A DNA stretch of 64,000 nucleotides from Paraphysomonas bandaiensis (taxonomy: Eukaryota; Protista; Chrysophyceae). The notes beneath the pieces are model-generated. The model saw nothing but the letters and a program-made list of their open reading frames with translations, was not told where the DNA came from and made no database searches. The stretch's first letter is position 1, and each line of letters begins with the position of its first letter. Positions 47,379-61,300 of the stretch are shown here, one piece after another. The stretch lies in contig CBFFRP010000439.1 in the NCBI GenBank assembly GCA_965644295.1, positions 34,507-98,506 of the forward strand. The letters run 5' to 3'. The position numbers and the translations under genes are program-made.

Positions 47379-50300
47379 CTATGCACTTTGTCCAGCATCC
47401 ATATCTGCTTTAAGGACATTGAATATAAGCATGCGCCAGAGTTTAAGAACAAATGATTCCGCATCTGTGTCAAGAACTGGTTTCATCTCCTCTGTACACA
47501 AAACAAAATTAGTACGAAGAAGCTTTCCTAGTGTAAGCGTACTCAATAGTTCCTCAGGGTGGCAGCGACGGGATATCTTTGTGAGTATGAAATTAGTTAG
47601 CGTTGGTTCCTCCTCCCCTGTGATCCGTGACAACCAACAGATATTCCAATCAATCACTCACCTAAGTATTCGATAAATTTTTTCGTGACCCACGACCGCA
47701 TGGAACCCTCAACAACCTGTGAGTAATAGTCACTATTAATCACAAAGGCATACAATACTTCTCACATTATATTTTTGGCACGCCTCCCAGTTGACGGGGT
47801 GCGAAAAAAGGGCGTCTTTATTGGTTGGAATCGAATCAACTAGTTCTTTCATCTTCAGTTTCTTGGCAGCATCAGCACCTCCGATTCTGCCTTTACTGAC
47901 ATCAGTCTCCCGCTCCATGCGACTTAGGAAGGAAGCCGCCTGTTGCTCTGATGCAAAATGGACACTCTGCTTTTCCTCTTCGGTGTAGTCTATTGGGATA
48001 ATAGCCCGCTGCTTCTTCGACGCCTCCTCATCATCATCGTCAGCGAAACCTCCAGCCCCAGTCCTCCTAGCTGGCTTGGCGCTCTTAATCACAAGCTTGC
48101 CGCTCGGGCGAGAGAGAGGAACGTCCTGGGATGGCGTCGCGCTACTTTCCTCTCCGCTCTCACCCAACATAGCCAAAACCTTAAAATACATGTTACATAC
48201 TACACGGCTTAACAATAAGAAGCATCGTTTTCAGATAAGAAATGATGTCCATTCGCGTATTAATAAAAAATACCTGCTGCTTCCGACGCCTCTTTGCCTC
48301 TGGATCTTCCTCCTGTTGGGGAGGGTCCCGCTTGGATCTCTCCCTTTCTTTCTCTTTGTGTTTACCCTCAGACACTTTCTTCTTATCGTCGCTCTACGGC
48401 ACAAGCAAGTACACAAAGTATATATCAGTTACAGTTTCGAACACAACAAAGGCATATAAAATTGCATGGCAAAATATTTCCTTATAAATCGCAATGGTTA
48501 CCAATACACACCTGCGTTACCGTTACTGGAGCAGAGCCCTGTTGGTTTTCCATCTCCTTTAGACGGGCCGCAATTCTCTCCGCCCGTCTACGCTCCACCT
48601 CCCTATCAATCATAAGCATATCACAAAAACTTGTATTCCATCGTATACATGAAAAAAAGCATTAAGTAAGACAGTCGGCACCCACTTGTCTCTTTCTGCC
48701 TGACGAGCTCTGAATTTATTGATCTCAGAGAGGACTTGCTTTTCTCTATCATCTAGCTCCTCTCCATCTGCTTTTTGATGACCACTGATTTCACAATATA
48801 CACACTCACAGTACCTGCAGTTTCCCCACTTTGTGTCGCAACCTCGTCATCTTCTTCCCCTGCCATCCGTCGTTCAATCATGCGATACACCCGTTCTCTC
48901 AAAGGTGCGTCCAGCAGAGCATTGGTGTCAACTTCCTCCCCCCCTGCCACTCCAGCCCGTTCAGCCTGCCAAAATTTATCCCATTCACACAAATGAACAG
49001 ATCACAATACAATCACGAAAACTACCGCGGCTATACTGGTCAGAGCGGTCTGCTCCTTTGTCCCAGCCTTCACTTGTAAAATTCCCCCGAAAAGCTCAAG
49101 GCCATCCAGCACATTTTTGCACCTATACATTCATTAGATTTGCCATATTCCGAATAAGGCTCCGTCATACCTGAGAGCACTCGTCCCCTGGCTAAAAGTG
49201 CAAAATCCAAACGCCTAATATCATATCATAATAAACACCACCCCAAACATATATTCACACCTTTGCAGTTCCTGTTGTAATATCATCAGGTCGGTTCCAC
49301 TTCTGCACTGGTCCGCAGGCCTTAGTTTAGAGACATCATTACGCATTTATTACAAGTGTTATTCACGCAAAATTACCTCAAGGAGTTTCAACAAGAAGGA
49401 ATTGTCAAGATCCTCAGGAATTTTCCCAATATAAACAGTCAGAGGCTGTGTTGCAGGTGTAGCAACTAGTCGCTGCTGCCAGTTCGGTGGCTGTACATAA
49501 GGCAGATGTACGCCTCCAGGCCCCATCGGAGGATGCATCATAGGAGGCGCTACAACACAATAATAAAACTATAATAAGATATAATACTATATCATAGCAT
49601 ATAACAACATTCAAAATACCAGACCATTTTCAAATATAACCAGCAAAATCAAACGAAAACAAAAGGTATAGTGAATACCATACCATACCATAGTCTAACA
49701 CACACTGCATAACACACACTGCATACCATAGTCTAACACACACTGCATAACACACACTGCATACCATACCATAGCATAACACACAGTACATACCGTACCA
49801 TACCTGAGCATAACACACAGTGCATAGCATACCATAGCCCAACACACAGTACATACCATACCACAGTCTAACACACACTGCATACCATACCATAGCATAG
49901 CATAACATACCATACAATACCAGAGCCTAACACACATAATATACCATACCATACAAGAGCCTAACAGACACTGCATACCATACCATAGCAGAGCCTAACA
50001 GAAACTGCATACCATAGCAGAGCCTAACAGAAACTGCATACCATACCATACCTTACCATACCACACCATACAAGAGCCTAACAGACACTGCATACCATAC
50101 CATAGCATAACAGACAGTGTATACCATACCAGAGCCTAATACATATAATATACCATACAATACCAGAGCCTAACACACATAATATACCATACCATACCTT
50201 ACCATACCACACCATACCAGAGCCTAACAGACACTGCATACCATACCATACCAGAGCCTAACAGACACTGCATACCATACCATACCATACCATAGCCTCA

Positions 50301-52792
50301 CACACACTGCATACCATACCATAGCATAACAGACAGTGCATACCATACCATACACAGCATAACACACAGTGCATACCATACAATATTAGAGCCTAACACA
50401 CATAATATACCACACCATACCAGAGCCTAACAGACACTGCATACCATACCATACCAGAGCCTCACACACACTGCATACCATACAATACCAGAGCCTAACA
50501 CACATAATATACCATACCATACAAGAGCCTAACAGACACTGCATACCATACCATAGCAGAGCCTAACAGAAACTGCATACCATAGCAGAGCCTAACAGAA
50601 ACTGCATACCATACCATACCTTACCATACCACACCATACAAGAGCCTAACAGACACTGCATACCATACCATAGCATAACAGACAGTGTATACCATACCAG
50701 AGCCTAATACACACTGCATACCATACAATACCAGAGCCTAACACACATAATATACCATACCATACCATACCAGAGCCTAACAGAAACTGCATACCATACC
50801 ATACCATAGCCTCACACACTGCATACCATACCATACTATAGCCTAACACACATAATATACTATACCAACAAGAGCCTCACACACACTGCATACCATACAA
50901 TACCAGAGCCTAACAGACACTGCATACCATACAATACCAGAGCCTAACACACATAATATACCATACCATACCAGAGCCTAACAGACACTGCATACCATAC
51001 CATACCATAGCCTAACAGAAACTGCATATCATACCATAGCATAACAGACAGTGTATACCATACCAGAGCCTCACACACACTGCATACCATACAATACCAG
51101 AGCCTAACACACATAATATACCATACCATACAAGAGCCTAACAGAAACTGCATACCATACCATACCTTACCATACCACACCATACAAGAGCCTAACAGAC
51201 ACTGCATACCATACCAGAGACTAACACACAGTGCATACCACACCATACCAGAGCCTAACAGACACTGCATACCATACCATAGCATAACAGACAGTGTATA
51301 CCATACCAGAGCCTAATACACACTGCATACCATACAATACCAGAGCCTAACACACAGTGCATACCACACCATACCAGAGCCTAACAGACACTGCATACCA
51401 TACCATAGCATAACAGACAGTGTATACCATACCATACCAGAGCCTCACACACACTGCATACCATACCATACCATGCCATACCAGAGACTAACACACACTG
51501 CATACCATACCATACCATGCCATACCAGAGACTAACACACACTGCATACCATACCATACCATACCAGAGACTAACACACACTGCATACCATACCATACCA
51601 TACCATACCAGAGACTAACACACACTGCATACCATACCATACCATACCATGCCATACCAGAGACTAACAGACACTGCATACCATACCATACCAGAGACTA
51701 ACAGACACTGCATACCATACCATACCATACCATACCAGAGACTAACACACACTGCATACCATACCATACCATGCCATACCAGAGACTAACACACACTGCA
51801 TACCATACCATACCATGCCATACCAGAGACTAACAGACACTGCATACCATACCATACCATGCCATACCATACCAGAGACTAACAGACACTGCATACCATA
51901 CCATACCATGCCATACCAGAGACTAACAGACACTGCATACCATACCATACCAGAGACTAACACACACTGCATACCATACCATGCCATACCAGAGACTAAC
52001 AGACACTGCATACCATACCATACCAGAGACTAACAGACACTGCATACCATACCATACCATACCATACCAGAGACTAACACACACTGCATACCATACCATA
52101 CCATGCCATACCAGAGACTAACAGACACTGCATACCATACCATACCATACCAGAGACTAACACACACTGCATACCATACCATACCATGCCATACCAGAGA
52201 CTAACACACACTGCATACCATACCATACCATGCCATACCATACCACACCATACCATACCATACCAGAGACTAACACACACTGCATACCATACCATACCAT
52301 GCCATACCAGAGACTAACACACACTGCATACCATACCATACCATGCCATACCATACCACACCATACCATACCATACCAGAGACTAACACACACTGCATAC
52401 CATACCATACCATGCCATACCAGAGACTAACACACACTGCATACCATACCATACCATACCAGAGACTAACAGACACTGCATACCATACCATACCATGCCA
52501 TACCATACCACACCATACCATACCATACCAGAGACTAACACACACTGCATACCATACCATACCATGCCATACCATACCACACCATACCATACCATACCAG
52601 AGACTAACACACACTGCATACCATACCATACCATGCCATACCATACCACACCATACCATACCATACCAGAGACTAACACACAGGCACTAGAATGTAGGAT
52701 GTATCCGTAGTGTGTATACCTGATAAGACGTTGCTCGCAGGAGGCATCATCGGAACTCCATACGGAACAGGCTGTCCATGGTAAGGATTCAT
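47379..52792 (-). CDS. RBM25: RBM25/Snu71-like splicing factor (RRM plus C-terminal PWI); multi-exon with a ~3.2-kb first intron
   Basis: Pro/Met-rich N-terminus; TVYIGKIP...LLKLLE, FGFCTF; IPIDYTEEE; IPTNKDALFSHPVNW; WVTKKFIEYLG|EEEPTL; VLDTDAESFVLKLWRMLIF. Confidence 0.9.
49675..52682. repeat. 3-kb complex satellite: (CATAC)n runs punctuated by AGAG[C/A]CTAACA[C/G]ACACTG, inside RBM25 intron 1
   Basis: Variable 30-55 bp units; higher-order duplication of about 49910-50150 at about 50480-50720. Confidence 0.95.
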
Positions 52793-52866
52793 AGCTTCAA
52801 TATATCTCTTTAAATCAAGATGGCTTCGACGTAAATATCGGAGCAACCAGTAGCTGCTAATAATCA

Positions 52867-53773
52867 CATACATACATACATACATACATACATACATACA
52901 TACATACATACATACATACATACATACATACATACATACATACATACATACATACATACATACATACATACATACATACATACATACATACATACATACA
53001 TACATACATACATACATACATACATACATACATACATACATACATACATACATACATACATACATACATACATACATACATACATACATACATACATACA
53101 TACATACATACATACATACATACATACATACATACATACATACATACATACATACATACATACATACATACATACATACATACATACATACATACATACA
53201 TACATACATACATACATACATACATACATACATACATACATACATACATACCTACGTACATACATACATACATACATACATACATACATACATACATACA
53301 TACATACATACATACATACATACATACATACATACATACATACATACATACATACATACATACATACATACATACATACATACATACATACATACATACA
53401 TACATACCTACATACCTACATACCTACATACCTACATACCTACATACCTACATACATACCTACATACCTACATACCTACATACCTACATACCTACATACA
53501 TACATACCTACATACCTACATACCTACATACATACATACATACATACATACATACATACATACATACATACATACATACATACATACATACATACATACA
53601 TACATACATACATACATACATACATACATACATACATACATACATACATACATACATACATACATACATACATACATACATACATACATACATACATACA
53701 TACATACATACACATACATACATACATACATACATACATACATACATACATACATACATACATACATACATAC
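52867..53773. repeat. (CATA)n microsatellite, ~900 bp, with a (CATACCTA)n sub-block at about 53400-53525
   Basis: Seen directly; lies between the divergent RBM25 and IF2-like starts. Confidence 0.98.
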
Positions 53774-53902
53774 ACTCTGCTGCTGCTGCTGCTGCTGTAT
53801 ACACTTCTATGCTAGCAGTCGTCCAGTGGACAGGCAGTGCATATTATATACACCTGTCCGCCTTCCAACTCATTGCCAGTAACTTCCTCTCTATCTGTCT
53901 GC

Positions 53903-56667
53903 ATGATGCATGTGATGAGGAGGGGAGGGATATGTCGAGGGTCTCTGTGTCATCCATATGTGTGTTATGTGAGGTGTCTCAGCAGAGGGACAGCAGGAGC
54001 AGCAGAGACTAGAACAGTGTCTGTGCCCGCATACAGTCGTGTGTCTGATCTTGCTCGTGCTCTGAGAGTATCCACCAACACGATCATGAGAGACATATCG
54101 GTCAGACACAAGAAGAGGTTTCTGTGTCAGTTTGGAAGCGTTTGGTTTCAGTTTAACTCTATGAACGAGGTGATTGTCCCCTTCGAATGCGCTCAAATCA
54201 TAGCAACAAAACACAAGAAAGAGATCGCTTTAGTTGATTTCGACCGTCTATCACCCGCAGCACACGAGAAGCACGAGAAAGTTCCTGTGATTGCACTGTT
54301 AGGTCACTTTAATCATGGGAAAACCACTCTATTGGACACTTTAGGTGGAACGAATCTTGTAGATGAGGAAGCACACGGCATCACACAGGCGAGAAGCGTA
54401 TCTACACCTCATGTATGAACTCTTAGGTCACTTATGTCTTACAGGTTGTGCGGACACGATGCATTGACTTGAAAGATGGCTTAGGTAGTTCTATTCGTAC
54501 CACTTTCGTCGATACCCCAGGCCAGGAAATATTCTACAGGATGCGCAATTATGGTGTCTAGACGTTAGATTAGTTTGTTATACCATGTTGATATGTAATT
54601 CAGGTGCCGCCGTAGCTGATGTTGCAATTTTAGTAGTGGCTCTAAACGATGGGGTGGGCTGTTTTACATCCAGTGATTATTGTGGGAACTGAAATTGTTT
54701 GAATGCAGGTGTGCAACCAGACTAAAGAAAGCATCGGTGTGCTAGAAAGTATTGGTAGGGGTAATATATTTTCGGCTAAATGACTGATTCACTACCTACA
54801 CGTAGACGTGCCCGCTGTTGTTTGTTTGAATAAAGTTGACCATCCCGATATTTCGAGGAATATGACACGACGGTTGTGCCCACTAGTAGCGTTTGCGTAG
54901 AGTGACATTTGCTTTAGAGTTGCAGAGGTAGAGTCAGAGCTAAAGGAGTACACTGCACTGGAAGATGCCACTTTTGTTCAAGTGTCAGCGCTAAGTGTGT
55001 AGCAACAAATAGCATTCACTGTAGAATGCTCTAACATCAAGCTTTCAGAGGGAACCAATATGGATGTTCTTCAAAAAGAGATATGTGCAACAATTAGAAG
55101 AGTTGTCGCAGATTCGACCTCCGATGTCACCGCTGGCGAAAATGGAGCGCCGCGGTATATAGGGGCTGGTACTGTAGTTAACATATGGACCAATGCTATT
55201 GAAGGCCAAATGATGCATATCGTCGTTACTGGTGGAGAGGTGGGACCCCATTTTCCATTTCTAATGCGTAAATCATATGTTCTCCAGGTGAGGCCTGGTC
55301 AGTGGTTCTCCTCAGGAGGATGGATAGGTTATCTCGTTCGGCTGATTGATTCGTCTGATTTTCATTTGTAGGCACTGTGTCTGCGCTGTTTGTTGATGAA
55401 AAGCCTTTCAAAGGTGTGTACTCTAACCCTGACAAGCTGCCCTCTAACCTGTACTAGGAGACTGTGTAACACGTGGCATTGGTGTTAAGCTACGGATGTC
55501 AACTAAGGCTTGTACCTTATATATTCTGTTTAATTTATTTATTACGTTGGGTACAGAAGAATCAAGAGCCTCGGCCAATTGGGGATACAGTTTATTTTTT
55601 TGCTGAGCGCGTACGTTTACTTCGTATGAGCTTTATATATTTTAGATACTTTGTAGGAGGCTGCATTACGTGTTGCAGATTACCATTTTATGAGAGATTC
55701 ATTTGGTATTGTTCCCATACATTGTTTGTGGCATTGGTAATTGTATTCTTGCAGCTGGCCACGCCTTGTCCCCTCAACTCACAGTTCAGTGGGAGCTAGC
55801 AAAGCTTAAGAAGAATGCGAAATTGCCACTTCGAAATGCTACCCTTCCCCCACTTCCTGTATCTTCTGGGGATACTGGAACACTGAATGGGAATAGGGAG
55901 GTGGATATATCGTCACTTTCTCGTCCTGAACAAGTCTATTGCGATGATATAGATATGATTGGTGATGAGAATGACTCTTCAGATATTGGCTCTGATTTGA
56001 GCGGGGATGTGATAGACGAAGAGGAAGACGGCCCAACTCAATTAGCTGTGGTCAAAGCTAATTCTGGTACTGTTTTTATTTGTTACTCTCACTACGCTAT
56101 ATTACTGTCTTGTAATTCTTAGACTTGTCGATGTGCACTTTTTTGGATGCACTTGAAGAGATGAAAGATAGCCTCGTCAAAAACGCCGTTCGCGGCGCAG
56201 AAAGTACAAAGGCATACACAGCTCCTAATAAGGTTGTTTCAGCTGGCGGTAAAGAGTTTGTTCTACGTCGTATTATCCGAGGAGGTTTAGGGGATGTAGC
56301 GCTTGGGGATGTGCTAGTGGCTCATACTGCTAGAGGTATGGTCTTTGCATACTTCATATATGTTACAATTCATCTTTCTATTTGCAGCACCTATACTTGC
56401 ATACGGCGTCGGCATTCATCCTGACGCTGCTCGTCAAGCTGAGGTGTGTTGAGGATAATATATGTGTCGATTATTGTATTTTCACGACATCTAATGCTAA
56501 TATCTGCAGAATCAGCGCGTAAAGATTGCGTACTTCGATAAAATACAGGTAAGGCTAGATATATTTTGATGTATGTTGTTTATTCGGCACAGGATGTGTG
56601 CGACGTTTTGCTAGGAGGTGACATCGATGAAAATTCGACTAGGCATCCCCCCAAGAAAAGTAGATAA
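53903..56667 (+). CDS. Divergent organellar IF2-like translational GTPase; many short introns
   Basis: [71 protein letters not shown]; domain III-like VVKAN...[13 protein letters not shown]; Arg-rich transit-like N-terminus. Confidence 0.8.
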
Positions 56668-56867
56668 TGAAAATAGATTTAAGTTGTTAGTGCTAGGTTA
56701 GAGCTGAATATGATGATGCTTAATGTAACAGGGATATTTCCAAGCTTCTACATAACATTGCTGCTCAATATTCATAATTCTCAGATATGCACTACTTCCA
56801 AGCAAGGAATGCAATCAAAAAGCCTAATCATTTGGGATGTGTTTTGGGATTGATCAATGTCAAAATC

Positions 56868-57000
56868 CAGGGCTGCGTAACAATTAATAGTCTTTTGATA
56901 CTAAAATACGTACTGAAATAGCTAAACATTAGCTGCCAACATAGCTTGCTCAACCGTAATTTCATTCCAGAGGCGACCATTCATGTGTAAAAACATAATA
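56868..57000 (+). mobile_element. Left end of a hAT-like element (TIR CAGGGCTGCGTAA)
   Basis: Exact reverse complement of the right TIR at 18812-18824; body shared with 34616-34685; no right TIR found before copia B. Confidence 0.65.
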
Positions 57001-57446
57001 CTTTGCTTAGTTGTTAGTTGTATACTGCAGCTTCTTTCGACTTTGAGGAAAAAGTGTATATTTTTAGGTGAAATATGCATATCTCACTCTCTGCTCGCTT
57101 GATCTAAATGAATATACTGCGAAGCATTAAGACTGACACAAGTCACAAGTGACTGTGTAAAGTTGATAGTGTTGAGATCTGAAGATTCTATATACTTGCA
57201 ATTGAGTGCAGTATTATGTGAGATGCAAGGATCGAAAGATATATATGTAATTAGTACATTATATTGTGTAGTATGAAACTGAAGTAGAAGTGGGTGACTA
57301 TACAGGATACGATCACTGAGTGTGTGGTTTGTAGACTATAGTAGTAAATGAATGGTGTTGAACACATCGAACACAATTTAGGTTCTTTATCATGTAATGT
57401 TTATAATTTCATCTTATCAGTTGAGAATAGTAAACCTTAGCAAATA

Positions 57447-58394
57447 ATGTCAACTTCTGTTATGGTAGCGGATGGTAGTTGTAGGGATGGGGAAGATGAC
57501 AAGAAGCTACGGTTTGACAAGAACCAAGCAGACTATTCAGCGAGAAAAATCAAGATGCATCTAATGAAGAAAAACCGAAACCATCTTGGCTTGGAGGGCC
57601 CGCCAGCCGGAGGAAGGAATTTAGAGTCATGGAGAGAGCGTAATGATACCTGTGTTAGTACTATTTGGGAGGCTTGCGAGCATGACCCTGATGTGTTGGA
57701 GGTAGCCAATCAATATTTGGAGGGGAAGGCAATTTTACCTGCTGATGATCCTGCTAAGGAGGTGTTATCCAGTGAGCTCCTTCAGACACTGGTTGATAGG
57801 TTCAGAGGCGAGATTGGGACTGTATTGGAGAAGACTACGGCAGAATACCATTCGTTCAAAATAAGGCCGGGGGAAAAGGTGTCTGTTGGGGTAGATCGAC
57901 TGAACGGTATAATCCAGAAGCTCATAAAATTGGGACAACCGCAGACAGAGGCAAGTAAATTAGCAAAGATAAAAGCAGCGCTGCAGATAGAGGAATTACA
58001 TGATTTATGGATGTCGGTAGCGATGATGCCTAAAGCAACAACTACATTTGATTCGGTGAAAGAGGCTTGTGAAGAGTATGACGAGGCTATGACGCAGCTG
58101 AAGAAACTAAAGGGAGACAAATCTGAAGAGATCAATTTTACGGCGTCGAAGGAGCCAGTGGTTTGTTCATTTTGTCGGAAGAAGGGACATGTAGCAGCGA
58201 ATTGTTATGCTAAGGAACGACAAAGAAAAATGGATAAGTTCAAAAGAAAAGGGAAGACAAAGGAAAAGGCTTCGAAGAGTGTGCAGCAGCCAGGATCAAA
58301 GGATTATACTGGTTGTCATATCTGTGGAGATTTTAGTCATAAAGCCCGACAGTGCAAGTCGAAAAAACGGAAGAACATAAAAAAACCCGGATAA
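57447..58394 (+). CDS. Copia B Gag (start at 57447 inside the LTR, or 57462 at the LTR/PBS junction)
   Basis: Two CCHC knuckles CSFCRKKGHVAANC and CHICGDFSHKARQC; stop after AAA AAA CCC GGA. Confidence 0.88.
   Translation: MSTSVMVADGSCRDGEDDKKLRFDKNQADYSARKIKMHLMKKNRNHLGLEGPPAGGRNLESWRERNDTCVSTIWEACEHDPDVLEVANQYLEGKAILPADDPAKEVLSSELLQTLVDRFRGEIGTVLEKTTAEYHSFKIRPGEKVSVGVDRLNGIIQKLIKLGQPQTEASKLAKIKAALQIEELHDLWMSVAMMPKATTTFDSVKEACEEYDEAMTQLKKLKGDKSEEINFTASKEPVVCSFCRKKGHVAANCYAKERQRKMDKFKRKGKTKEKASKSVQQPGSKDYTGCHICGDFSHKARQCKSKKRKNIKKPG
57463..57475 (+). promoter_or_regulatory. PBS of copia B (TGGTAGCGGATGG)
   Basis: Flush against the 5' LTR; also at 62930-62942. Confidence 0.75.
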
Positions 58395-61300
58395 TGAGAA
58401 TCCTCGAAAATCGAACAGGAAATTCGAGACAGAATGGAAGAAATACGTCAACGACGGAGAGTCGTCGGATGATGAAGCGAATATGTTTGGAGAAGAGGTT
58501 TTGCTATCGGTGGATACGTCGGAAGAACCTCGTGTATATCTGGACAGTTGTGCAAGTAAAAGACTGTTTATAGTAAAGGATAAAATTGCACTGGAGTCAT
58601 TTACTCCTGAGTTTGGGGCAATCCAACTAACTAGAAAGGGTTCTCAATTGGAGACACAGGGGGCTGGTACATTCGGGGAATGGAGAGACATCAGAGTTAG
58701 TGAAGAAGCGGTGAAGAACATTGTGTCAGGAGGAATGCTGAGATCAATGGGATACGGATTACAACTGCTTCGAAAGCCTAAAATCGTGGAATTGGACTCT
58801 GGAAACGAGGTGTTGGCTGGAGAGTACGATGAGCATGGAGGAATGCCGTATGTGGACTTGATGGAGGTGTTAAATCTGCCAAATGTGTCTATGTGCAATC
58901 AGATGGAGGAGGTAAATTTGTCGGATAATACAGGACAAGATGCGTTGGATCGCTTACATGAGCGTACTGGACATGTCTCGAAATCGAAGTTATTAGAAGC
59001 TCACCGACACATGTTATTCAGAGGATCAGGACTACAACGACATCACCTTTCGAAGGCAAAGGAGAAGAGTTGCAAGAAACCCCTGTGTAAATGGTGTGCC
59101 AAGGCGAAAATAACCAGGCATTCGTTCAAATCACGGGACAACGAAGAGCTAAGCGCAGTCAGGTTTCTGGAACGAGTGACAGCGGACATCTCAGTCTACC
59201 TCAATTGTGAATCCAGACAAGGGTATAAGTACGTGCTCCTATTTACGGACTTAGCAACAAAGATGATATGGGAATATGGATTGAGGACTCGAAGCGGAGA
59301 GGAGGTGTTCAAATGTCTACGACACTTGTGCGAGGTCCACTTAGTGAAGTACGAGGGGTGGAACCGTATAGTGGAGTATCATGCCGATGGAGGATCCGAA
59401 CTTATTAGTCAGCAGATAAGAGAGTATCTGTTGCAGCGATATGGGACTCGGGTGTCACATACAACACGAGACACGCCAGAGCTCAACGCGGTGTCTGAGA
59501 GGAAATTCCGAACAATTGGGGAGATGACACTGACGATGTTGACGGCATCTGGACTTCCAAAGTCGTTCTGGTTTGATGCTTATCAAAAACTGCATGTTAC
59601 ATTGTGCGACGAATGCCAACTCGGACGTGGCAAGGATGGATGTCTCCATATGAGTGTGTCCCAGGGGGGAGCGTTCCCAGCCTATCGTGGCTACGGAAAT
59701 GGGGGTGCAAAGCATATGTGCTAACACCCAAGGCCGACAGGAGGAAGGACTGGGAGGACAAAGCAATGACAGGTTATTTCATAGGGTATCCAGCTGATCG
59801 AAAAGGATACAAGGTGCTAGTGGGGGACACCGTAGTACACTCTGTACATGTATTATTTGATGAATCGGTACCTGAGAGGTCTCAGGATTATTATAGAGAG
59901 CTGGAGGAGGCTCAAGTGGCTATAGATCCCGAGGCTCGTCAACCGGGTGAGTTTGAGTATCTTATCGGAAAGCACCATGAGGATGGTGGTCTGCTATACA
60001 AGACTAAAACAGAGTGGTGATAAGGAGGGACTTATTGTGGGATACCGGTCGTTGGTTACTGGTAACCAGGTTCAAGTGGAGGATAAAACTCCTATTCATA
60101 TTGCTGACATCAAGAAGATGACAGAGGATCTTGCGCAGAGGGTGGTTAGGGCCAGAGTTACTGACAACCGTGACGGCGGTATCAGCGGAGTGGTGCCACA
60201 GCAGTCGGAAAGTGGGCAGGTGCAGCCCCAGGCTGACTCAGCATTACCTTCGGGGGAAGGGACCCCTGCCGAGAATCATCCGCACGGCAAACGCGCAAGA
60301 ACTCCAAGGACGGTGACGAATGTGTCGGTGTTAGGACAAATCCATCATTTGAGTGATGAGAGTGATGTGAGTGACCTTTTACAGGAGGCAGACTCAGTGT
60401 GGATGTCAGCGGAAGAGTCGACAGTGCCTCAGACACATCGTGAGTCCTTGGAGAGTGCCGAGCACAGGGAGTGGAGACGAGCTCGCCGTGTAGAGCGAGA
60501 GGGTTTGGCGAAGCGAGATACCATGGAGGTGACTCGTATACCGGACGGAGTCGTCCCACTGCACTCCAAGTACGTCTATGGAAAGAAGTACGATAAGGAG
60601 GGAGAGGTCCGCCGATATAAGGCTCGTCTTGTAGCAATCGGTTGTGGACAGCAGTCGAGTGGTTGGGCGAACCATTTCGCACCCGTTGTTAAGGGGGTAA
60701 CAGTGCGACTGTTAATCGCCATAGCTTTCGTGATGAACATGGTAATTCATCAACTGGATGTGTCTAACGCATTTCTATATGCAGATATAGAGGGGGATGT
60801 ATATATGAAGGCAACTCCGGACTTTCAGCTGCCTGAGGGGTACTGCTTTAAGTTGAAGAAGTCGTTATACGGGCTTCGGAGTTCCCCGCGGTCGTGGTGG
60901 AAAACATTGGATAAATTCATACGATCTATGCATTTTAAACCATGTGTATTAGACCCGTGTTTGTATTATCAGTATAAGGGCGATGAATTGATATTATTAA
61001 CGATATATGTGGATGATATCCTAGTGTTAGGTCGTGATGTCAACATAGTGAAGGATATTAAAGCTCAACTGTGTGCCCGGTTTGATATGAAGGATATGGG
61101 CGAGATGGAACATTTTCTGAATGTTCGAGTCACAAGAACGCCAGAGTATATTCGTCTTGACCAATCAGTATATGCGGCTAAGATCTTAGAAAAGTTTGAA
61201 AAGTATCTTGGGCCACCGCGAAAGGTACGGAAGAGTCCTCTACCGGCGGAAGCGATGGATTTAGTGGCAAAAGGGGCGCGGCATGAGCATACCGAGGAGG

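Noticed and set aside
49630-52710. Satellite as a CRISPR-like repeat-spacer array, or the WYGMV ORFs as proteins
   Set aside because: The sequence between cores is only variable-length CATAC, with no unique spacers and no cas genes; the ORFs are repeat artefacts.
59580-60030. Internal pol frameshifts of copia B copy 1 as regulatory
   Set aside because: They fall in short A/G runs inside conserved integrase sequence; likely errors or decay.
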